Positions 53,148 through 61,550 of a DNA stretch of 64,000 nt are shown here, in pieces. How positions within the stretch are numbered: the stretch's first letter is position 1; every line of letters starts with the position of its first letter. The translations under genes and the position numbers were made by a program. Origin of the DNA: an uncultured delta proteobacterium (lineage in GTDB: Bacteria; Desulfobacterota; Binatia; UBA9968); contig CAWJZV010000008.1 in NCBI GenBank assembly GCA_963847445.1, forward strand, positions 32,001 to 96,000, given 5' to 3'. Below the pieces are notes generated by a model, which saw nothing but the letters and a program-made list of their open reading frames with translations, was not told the DNA's origin and searched no databases.

Positions 53148-53979
53148 TTACGATTTGCTGGCGTAGGTGTCGAGATAATACTTGGCGATCTCGCCTTTGG
53201 TGGCGAACCAAACATCGGGAAACCCTTTGGCGTAGCGAATGCATTCTTCGAACACGCCGATGATGTTGGGCCGGCCGCCGATATGGGCATGGACCAGGCA
53301 ATCGATCAGCTTGGGCGCGCCGGCTTGTCCTTCGGCGTAGAGACAATCGAAGGCGGCTTTGAAACTATCGAAATAGTCTCGCGCAGGGTTTTTGTGGGTG
53401 AACAAAAGGCTCAAATCATTGGCGTAATCGAGCCGCGGCATGATGATCAAAGGTTTGCCGTTGACCATGCGATGCTGCGGAATATCGGGCCCCGGCAGGT
53501 CACCGGTCCAAAAAATGCCTTCGTCGACGAAATTACCGAAGGTGATAGTCGTTGACGCGATGGCCGGGACTTACCCAGCCCACTGGACGTTTACCGGTCA
53601 CCGATGCGATGGCATCGAGCGTACGCTTGATCAACGCTCGTTCACTGGCGGCATCGAGCTCGGAAAGGGCCGTGTCGTTGACCCAACCGTGGCCGACGAT
53701 TTCATGGCCGCCGGCATGGAGCTCTTTCAAAGCGTCCGGAAAATCTTCGGCGATGCGGCCGTTGGTGTCGATGGTGCCTTTGACGCCGTTGCGGCCGAGC
53801 GCATCCATGATGCGCCAGATGCCGGCCTTGCCGCCGTATTCGCCGTAGGCGAGCGATGCGTAATCCGGTTTGCCCTCGCTGCGGCGATACTGTGAAGATT
53901 TTTCGAAAGCTTCGAAGGCAACGAAGAAGCTGACGGCGATCTTGGCGTTGTTCGGCCACTTGATCGGTGCGAGTCTCAT
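53148..53979 (-). CDS. Polysaccharide deacetylase family protein, PuuE-like (frameshift ~53545)
   Basis: WPNNAKIAV, YGEYGGKAG.WRI, HEIVGHG, RPVGW.SPG, HAHIGGRP, DVWFAT..EIA. Confidence 0.85.
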
Positions 53980-53992
53980 AATGGTTTCCTTT

Positions 53993-55007
53993 TTATTGCT
54001 TAGGCCCGCCGAAAATATTGCGGAACTGTTCGTAGTTTTTATTGAAGTCGTCGCCGGCGCTGAATTCGTCGATGACGAAAGTTAGTTTTTCCAAACCCTG
54101 GACGGTGGTCGGCACGGCGCGGCGAGTCGGTACCCGGCCAAAGGATGCGATGATTCTTTGTCCCTCTTCGGACAGCATGAAGTCGACGAAGAGTTTCGCC
54201 GCGTTCGGGTGCGGCGCCTTGGCGGCGACGCCGATCGGTTGGAACTTGGTGAAGACCGGATCCTGCGCCAGCCAATCCACCGGCGCGCCTTTGCGCTTGG
54301 CGTCCTCGGCGTTGTGAATGTAGGTGTTGAGCACCAGCGGAAACTCGCCGGCGGCGAGCAGGCCGGTGATGATCGTCAGCCCTGAATAAAGTTGAAACTC
54401 CTGAGCGCCGAGTTGCTTCATATAGGCCAAGCCTTTGTCCTGGCCCAGCCGTTTGAGCTTCCAGGAAAACCACTCGGGCTTGGTGTCGTCCATGCCGATC
54501 TTGCCGCGCCATTTCGGGTTGAGCAGATCGTCGTCGGCTCACCGGCACTTCGCTGCGCTTCACCATGCGGGTGTTGTAAGCGATGACGTTCGGCATCATG
54601 TAGATCGCCGCCCAAAACCCGTCGGCGTCGAAGAAACCTTTCTGCAACTGTTTGGTTTCGGGTGAAAGATATCTGGCCAACAGGTTTCTCTTCTTGAAAA
54701 AATAGGCTTGGGTCTCGGCGGACTGGACGACATCGAAGTCGAAGCGCCCGGCTTGGGTCTCGGTCATGATCTTGGTCAGCAGCCGTTCGCCGACGGCGCG
54801 AAACATGTGGACCTGCAGGAAAGGATACTTGACGCGAAAGGCATCGTTGAGCTTCTGCGCCTGGTCGACGGTCATCGAGGTGTAAAGGACGAGCGATCCT
54901 TCTTTCTTGGCCGCTTCGATCAGTGAGTCATGATTATTCGCGTTCAGCGGTGTTGCGAATAAAAGACACGATAAGACGCATAGCGCTAGGTGGCTGACTC
55001 TGTTCAT
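53993..55007 (-). CDS. Extracellular solute-binding protein (frameshift ~54540)
   Basis: AAKKEGSLVLYTS, YNTRMV, APHPNAAKLFVDFMLSEEGQ. Confidence 0.87.
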
Positions 55008-55101
55008 GGTTCTTGCCCCGATTGGAACTCGTGCCGGATACTATCAAGGCGTTAGCGAAAGGGTCAACCGCGTCGCCACGCGAAGTTTCCCCGCATGAAA
55101 C

Positions 55102-55130
55102 AAAAAAGGGATGCCGATGGGCATCCCTTT
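55102..55130 (-). terminator. Intrinsic terminator closing the boxB-like unit
   Basis: GGGATGCC-GATG-GGCATCCC stem with a T6 tract on the minus strand, 25 nt after the NuoF-like stop. Confidence 0.8.
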
Positions 55131-55155
55131 GATTAACCGGATCGAGTCTTATCCG

Positions 55156-56406
55156 TTAGGCCGTCGCGAGCAGCGCCTGGAAGTCGTCGGGGAAAAGCTT
55201 GAGGGCGCTTTCGATGGGCGGTCCGGGCATGGCGATCAAGTTACAGAAACCCTTGCCTTTGTTAAAAGCCAGCACCTTGCCGAACTGTTCAAGGATCGCC
55301 GCGTTACCCTGGCCTTGTTGAACTTTCTTCATCAGCATAGAAAGCGTGTTGGTCTCCATGCGGCAGGCGGCGCATTGGCCACAGGATTCGGCGGCAAAAA
55401 AGCCGGTGATGCGCACCAACTCGTCGACGATGGAATCGCCCTCGCGAACGATATGGACGACGCCGCAGCCGAGCATGGAACCGGCGTCGCGCATGGCGTT
55501 GGGTTCCAACGGCGTATCGATCTTGTCCGCCGGCAAGTAGGCGGATGACGGCGAGCCGGGCATGAGAGCTTTGATTTTCTTGCCATCTTTCAGGCCGCCG
55601 CCGCATTCTTCAATCAGATAGCGCAGCGGTGTGCCGAAGGGGAGCTCGTAGATGCCGGGTCTTTTTACCTCTTCGGTTTCGTTGAGGGCGAACAGCATGG
55701 TGCCGGGACAATCTTTGGTGCCGAAGCCGCGATACCAGTCGGCGCCTTTCAATAAAATGCGCGGTACGTTGGCCAGGGTCTCGACATTATTTACCGATGT
55801 CGGTTTGCCGAACAGGCCGACGGTGACCGGGAAGGGCGGTTTTTGCCGCGGCAGGGGCTGCTTGCCTTCGATCACTTCGAGCACGGCGGTGTCTTCGCCG
55901 GCAACATAGTTATGCGGCGCGGCGACGATCTCGATGTCGAGGTCGTAGCTGCTGCCCAGAATTTTTTCGCCCCAGTAGCCCGCCGTTCTGGCTTCGCCCA
56001 AAGCGTCGTTGACGCTTTTGATCGCCGCTTCGTACTTGGCGTTGATGTAAAGATAGGCCTTCGCCGCGCCGATGGCATAGGCGCCAAGGACTGCGCCTTC
56101 GATGACCAGATGGGGCAGGTTCTCCAACAGCACGCGGTCTTTGTGGCTGCCCGGTTCATCTTCGCCGCCATTCATCACCAAATAGCGCGGCAGCTCGGCA
56201 GCTTCGCGGGTAAACTGCCACTTTTTGCCGGTGGGGAACCCCGCCCCGCCATGGCCGCGCAGCCCGGCGTCGGAGATTATTTTAATTACATCGTCGGGGC
56301 TTCCCTTGAGGGCCTGGGTCAACGCTTCATATCCGCCGCGGGCCTGATACTCTTTCAGCCCTTCGCGGCCCTCGACCACGCCCTTGGGGAAAAGGATGCC
56401 TTCCAT
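55156..56406 (-). CDS. Stand-alone NuoF-like FMN/[4Fe-4S] NAD(P)H dehydrogenase subunit
   Basis: GLRGHGGAGFPTGKKW, EPGSHKDR, YVAGEDTA, NNVETLAN, SLBB region, ESCGQCAACR...C cluster ligands. Confidence 0.9.
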   Translation of the reverse strand: MEGILFPKGVVEGREGLKEYQARGGYEALTQALKGSPDDVIKIISDAGLRGHGGAGFPTGKKWQFTREAAELPRYLVMNGGEDEPGSHKDRVLLENLPHLVIEGAVLGAYAIGAAKAYLYINAKYEAAIKSVNDALGEARTAGYWGEKILGSSYDLDIEIVAAPHNYVAGEDTAVLEVIEGKQPLPRQKPPFPVTVGLFGKPTSVNNVETLANVPRILLKGADWYRGFGTKDCPGTMLFALNETEEVKRPGIYELPFGTPLRYLIEECGGGLKDGKKIKALMPGSPSSAYLPADKIDTPLEPNAMRDAGSMLGCGVVHIVREGDSIVDELVRITGFFAAESCGQCAACRMETNTLSMLMKKVQQGQGNAAILEQFGKVLAFNKGKGFCNLIAMPGPPIESALKLFPDDFQALLATA

Positions 56407-56409
56407 TGG

Positions 56410-56739
56410 TTAGAATACTCCAGTGTCGAGTAGTTGGTAGATCAATTCCTTCAACGACGAATCGATGGTGTCCAAGCGTTGCACATGGGGTGCGCCGGCG
56501 AGATGGGCGACGATGTCGTCGAGATCTTCGCTCTTGACGTGAGCGTACCAGTTTTTTTCAGGGTAGATCACAACATTGGGACCTTCCTGGCAGGCGCCAA
56601 AACACATGTAGGGTTTGACGTCGACATCGGTTAGCCCCTTGGCGGCAATTTTTTGTTGCAGTTCCGCCGCCAGCTGCTCCGATCCACGGGACTTACAATC
56701 GATATTCTGACAGACCAGACAGCTTTGGCTCACGGGCAT
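56410..56739 (-). CDS. Thioredoxin-like [2Fe-2S] ferredoxin (NuoE-like domain)
   Basis: C-x4-C (CQNIDC)...C-x3-C (CFGACQEGPNV.IYP); SD AAGGAG. Confidence 0.88.
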   Translation of the reverse strand: MPVSQSCLVCQNIDCKSRGSEQLAAELQQKIAAKGLTDVDVKPYMCFGACQEGPNVVIYPEKNWYAHVKSEDLDDIVAHLAGAPHVQRLDTIDSSLKELIYQLLDTGVF

Positions 56740-56812
56740 CTCCTTGGGGTTCTACTTACTAACGCTCGATTCGATATGCAACAGTTGATACGGCCAACAG
56801 CGACATGGCGAC

Positions 56813-57918
56813 TCAGTTCAACTGAATTTGCGAGACCCAGTCCTTGCCCTTGATGATTTCGGCGAGGATTTTTTCATCTTCGGCGTTGGGCAGAACTTCG
56901 TACAGGTGTTTCTGATAATCTTCGGTGCTGAGCAATTCGCCGGTGACGCTATAGGTCTTGCCGACATGCTCGCCGATGGAGCGGTTAAATTTTAGATCAG
57001 GCGCCTTCAGTTTGGCTTGGCCTTCCGGCACCAGCTGATTGAGCTGGTCGATCAGCTGTTGCGACTCGCTCATGTAATGTTCGCGGGCGAGATCGTTGAG
57101 TTTGTCTTTCTCCGCCGGCACGGTCGCGCATGTTCGTCGTAGCGGCCTTTGATACCCCAGGTATAGGCCCAATTCGCTGACGAGGAATGGTGGTGCCGAA
57201 CAGATCGTAGGCTGTGGAGAGCCATTTATTGAAATATTTTTGCACGATCGGCACGGGAATCTTTTGAGCTCTGAGTACTCGGGTCAGACCGGTGTGGCCG
57301 GTGAACATGTGAAAATGCTCTTCCTTGAGCATCGCCGTGACGCTTTCGGCAAGCGGGGCGAAGGATGAGTGGCTGAGCATGGTCAACTGATACTTGCCGT
57401 CGCGGTCGACAAATTCCGTGTAGGTGAAAAAGTCGAGCCAGTTGTTCACCGGCGCGTTGAAACGAGCCGAGCAGCCGGTCGCCGCGGAAAGCGCGGCGCT
57501 CGAGCATTTTACGCGCCTCAAGCTTGCCGGAGTCGCCAAAGTAGTTCACCAGCAGGTAACACATCTGCCAGCCATGGCGCATCTCTTCGCTGTTGACCCG
57601 AGTGAGCGCTTTGCGGTCGTATTCAGTGGGCGCGGTATCGAGCAGATTCTTTTGCTGTTCGACCGAGGCGAACTCGGTATCGCCCTGGTAGACGATCAGA
57701 TTCATTAGGGCGTCGCGGATCGATTGGTTGGGAATCTGGCCGACCCGCTGCCATTTCGGCTGACCTTGGAAGTCGCCAAACTCGATGTCAGGCGAGTGAA
57801 GCTCACCCAGCTTGGTTTCGAACTTGTAGTCGCCGAGCAGCGCCGCATCGTAGCCGATGTCTTTTTGCCATTGATGGAAATAGTCGATCCAGTCATCGAA
57901 GGTAGAGATTTTGATCAT
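56813..57918 (-). CDS. boxB: BoxB-like diiron aryl-CoA epoxidase, short form (indels ~57460, 57192, 57130)
   Basis: QGDTEFASVEQQ, TAP..YD, EEMRH, WLDFF...DRDGKYQL, F.PLA, EEHFH, DLFG, GIKGRYDE align with BoxB hallmark motifs. Confidence 0.8.
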
Positions 57919-57945
57919 GGACGGTCCTTTCGTCTTAAACAATTA

Positions 57946-57963
57946 TTCGAACGATCGTTCGAA
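57946..57963. promoter_or_regulatory. Perfect 18-bp palindromic operator upstream of the boxB-like gene
   Basis: TTCGAACGATCGTTCGAA, directly downstream of minus-strand TTGATT-N18-TATAAA. Confidence 0.72.
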
Positions 57964-58057
57964 CTTATTTATAACGCTTTGACATGGGAGAAATCAACTC
58001 GCCACCGGATCCGCTGATCACTAAGCCGCGGCAGTTTGGCACCATAAAGAGACCCAG

Positions 58058-60460
58058 TTAGCGGTACATTTCCAATAGCTCGACCATTTCAAGTTGGCGA
58101 ATTTGTTCAAACAAGATAGCGTTTGATTTCGCCGACAGTATCCATTCCGAGAACGATTTGGGCGGTCGTTTTGGCGGCTTGATAGCTGATCGAACGAATC
58201 GCTTTCTTGATCACGGGAAGATAAAGCGCCCCCATGCTGAACTCTTCCAGACCCATGCCAAGAAGCACCAGGGCGCAAAGCGGGTCGCCGGCCATCTCGC
58301 CGCACATGCTGACCCGCTTGCCGGCTTTCTTGCCGGCATCAATGGTGGCATTGAGCGCCGAGAGGACGGCGGGGTGCAACGGTTCATAAAGGTTGGCGAC
58401 TTTACGGTTGCTACGGTCAACGGCCAGGAGGTACTGGATAAGATCATTGGTACCGATGCTCAAAAAATCGACTTCGCGCAGAAAACGCTCAGCCAGCTGC
58501 ACGGCCGACGGGCACTTCGACCATGATCCCCAGCTCCATCTGCCGGTCGAACGGTGTGCCTTCCCGCTCTAATTCAACCTTGGCCTCGGCCAAAAGCTCT
58601 TTGACCTTTTGGATCTCTTCGAGACTGGAAATCATCGGCACCAACATGCGCACCGAGCCCAGATCGCCAACGCGCAATATAGCGCGCAGCTGGGTCTTGA
58701 AGATCTCTTCGACTTCTAAGGATATACGGATCGAACGCCAGCCCAAAAATGGATTGGGCTCGGTGGCGACGCTGCGCATGTAGCTGGGATATTTGTCGGC
58801 ACCGATGTCGAGGGTCCGAATGGTGACGGGTTTGTCCATCATGCCTTCGACAACGCGCTTATAGAGAGCGTATTGTTCTTCTTCGCTGGGAAAATCCCGG
58901 TGCGACAAGAACGGAATCTCGGTTCTGTAGAGGCCGATGCCCTGGGCGCCATGGAGATGGGCGAAGGCCACGTCGCTCAGCAGGCCGACGTTTGCGCACA
59001 GCGAGACCCGATGACCGTCGGTGGTTTCCGCCGGCAAGTCCTTGAGTTCGCCGAGTTCGCGGTTGAGCTCCGCATAGTCGCTTTTCAAACGATCGTATTC
59101 GCGAATAACCTCGGCGGTCGGATTGACATGCACGCTGCCGGCGTTGCCGTCGATGATCAATTGATCGCCCTGGTGCACCCGTTCCATCAGGTCTTCGACG
59201 GCAACGATGCTGGGAATTTCGAAGGACTTCGCCAATATCGAGGCGTGGGACGTGACGCCGCCGGTGGCCAAGATGATACCTCTGAATTTGTCACCTTCGA
59301 GCATGCTCAAGTCGGCGGGCGAGAGGTCCTGGGCGACCAGGATCGCGTCGTCGGGCACATCGTATTGTTGCCCATCACCGCCGGAAAGAGTTTCAAGCAA
59401 GCGTTGCGCGGCATCTTTAACATCGGCGGTTCGTTCACGCAGATAGTTGTTGTCGATCTTGGCGATGGATTCCAGGTAGCGCTCGAAGACCACCCGCACG
59501 GCATACTCCGCGATGAAGCCGCCTTTGCGAATCTGTTGCTCGATCTGGTGAATGATCTGCGGGTCTTCGAGGATCAACCGATAGACGTCGAAGATCGCTC
59601 CCTCTTCGGCGGAAATCAGCTCACTCATGCGCCGCTTAACGACGTTGATCTGGTCGATGCCGCGCTCCACGGCGCCGCGAAAGCGCTCGATTTCATGCTT
59701 GGGATTACGCGATTTTTTCTTTCTAATCGCGTTCAGTTCCATGCGCGGCTCGAGGACGAACGCGTGGCCGCGGCCAAAGCCGGGCGACGCCGCCAAGCCA
59801 GACAACCGGCCGCGCCATTTCTGCTTGGTTTTTGCCGACGTCTCCGGCGGCGTGCCTTCATAGGACGCGCAGCTTGCGCATGGCGTCATTCATGCGCTTC
59901 TGGTATTGCTTGCGCTCCTCTTCCTTGGAGCGCAGGTGGTCGCTGAGACGAGCCTGGAGGATGATGCTCGCCGCTTGTCCGGAAATCGTCGTCAAAAGCC
60001 GAATTTCATCGCGGGAAAACTCACGCCGGCGGGAAGTTTGTACGACGAGCACGCCTAATGGCGTTTTCTTCTCCAATAGCGGCACGCCGAGGAACGAGTG
60101 GAAATGTTCTTCGTGGGTTTCCGGAAAGTATTTGTAACGCTTGTGTGCCAGGGCGTCGACCACCATCACCGGCTTCATCTGCTCGATGACCAAACCGGTC
60201 AACCCTTCGCCTGTGGCCATGGACACTTTGCCGATGGACTCGGGGTCGAGGCCCATGGTCGCGACCAGGATCAAGCGATTTTTTTTGGCATCGAAAATAT
60301 ATAGCGAGCAGACTTCGGTCTGCATGCGTTCGGCGACGGTGGCGACCAGCCGATCCAGGGTCTCTTGCAGGTCGTGGGAATGGGTGATCAGCGTGCTGAT
60401 GTCCGCGAGTATGCCCAAGTGGGGATAGGTGGTGCGGGCGATCTTAGTGTTCTTGGCCAT
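58058..60460 (-). CDS. ptsP: GAF-domain PEP-protein phosphotransferase, EI-Ntr (indels ~59870, 58500, 58110)
   Basis: N-terminal GAF (EVCSLY, GEGLTGLV, SFLGVPL), TSH phospho-His, GLYRTE, RTLDIGADK, NPFLGWRSIR, SIGTNDLIQY, CGEMAGD. Confidence 0.93.
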
Positions 60461-60605
60461 GGTTGAAGATTAAAGACGAAGATAGAGTTTTCTATAAAAC
60501 ATAAATTTCACGGATTCGCCAGGCAGACTGCCGTTGTCGGTAGACGCCGTCTGTGCACGGACGGGCGAAACTACATTTTCACGCGCAGTATGCTATATTG
60601 CCGTC

Positions 60606-61016
60606 ATGAGTCAGATTGCCGGATTACGGGGTATGCGCCACCTCGCGCTCAAAGTGCGCGACCTGGCGCGCGCGAAACGTTTTTATCAAGATGTGCTCGG
60701 CATGGAAGTGGTCTGGGAGCCGGATGGCAAGAACGTTTATCTTTCCTCCGGCTGCGACAATCTGGCGCTCCATGAAGTTACCGATGGCTTCGCTCGGTCC
60801 GCTGAGGAACGACAGCTCGATCATCTCGGCTTTATCGTCGAAAGCATCGACCGGGTGCGGGAATTGGAGCAGGAATTCATTCGCCAAGGCGTAACCCTTG
60901 TCCATCCATTCAAGATTCATCGCGACGGCAGCGCGTCGTTTTACTGCGCCGATCCCGACGGCATCGTCATTCAAATGCTTTACGAGCCTACCTTGAGTTC
61001 GCAAAACATTAGCTGA
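60606..61016 (+). CDS. VOC/glyoxalase family protein
   Basis: MRHLALKV.DL...FY, LDHLGF, SFYCADPDG. Confidence 0.87.
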   Translation: MSQIAGLRGMRHLALKVRDLARAKRFYQDVLGMEVVWEPDGKNVYLSSGCDNLALHEVTDGFARSAEERQLDHLGFIVESIDRVRELEQEFIRQGVTLVHPFKIHRDGSASFYCADPDGIVIQMLYEPTLSSQNIS

Positions 61017-61159
61017 GGGACTTATGCTCTACGAATCCGAACGGGGCGATTTTTCGCTGCTGTTGTTGGGCGATGTCATGCCGACGCGGCGCTTGGCGGT
61101 ATTCGGCGAGGCAATAAATTCTCGTCAACCACTCAGGACGCGGCGAGTATTCCGTTATG

Positions 61160-61286
61160 CCTCTTTGGAAAAGAGGGGCTAGGGGAGATTTTTTTTCCAT
61201 GCGGCGCCACCGTGCAGAAGATTGTCGGTCTGCTGCGAACCCCCCACCCCAGCAAATCCCTCTTAATCCCCCTTTTTCAAAGGGGG
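61160..61286. repeat. Pair of oppositely oriented CCCCCTTT/AAAGGGG palindromic repeats
   Basis: 61160-61191 (minus AAATCTCCCCTAGCCCCTCTTTTCCAAAGAGG) versus 61254-61286 (AAATCCCTCTTAATCCCCCTTTTTCAAAGGGGG). Confidence 0.55.
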
Positions 61287-61550
61287 AGTCAGATCAGATC
61301 AGCTAGCTATTTATTTCGTCAGCTCCCGTGTACAGCAAAGCAAGTGTGTCGCATGTTTAGTTGCAAAATGGGAGAAAAGAAAACAGCGAGTCATTGTCCG
61401 CTGACTCCGGTGTCCGGCGAACAAGATATGCATGTCAGGTCTGCTTGACCGGGGACTGTCACTTCGATTAACGTTTGTCTTTCTAGGGAAAATGGGAAAA
61501 TCATCGACGCCGCGGGTCAACTGCGACGCAAAGCTAATAAGGAGCGCACA

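Noticed and set aside
53533-53545. Apparent stop in the deacetylase gene suggesting readthrough or a split gene
   Set aside because: Removing one base near 53545 restores a continuous ~277-codon frame (…NDITFGNFVDEGIFWTGD…).
55156-56739. Respiratory complex I (nuoEF) operon
   Set aside because: No nuoA-D or nuoG-N nearby, the ferredoxin lacks the NuoE N-terminal helical domain, the motifs diverge, and a terminator follows immediately.
5010-60460. Frameshifts in about 20 genes, read as mass pseudogenisation or programmed frameshifting
   Set aside because: They are single-base indels that hit housekeeping genes (polA, ptsP), cluster regionally (32.8-38.2 kb), lack slippery-site or stimulator patterns, and the repaired frames show no in-frame nonsense codons. 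Long-read consensus error is the simplest explanation.
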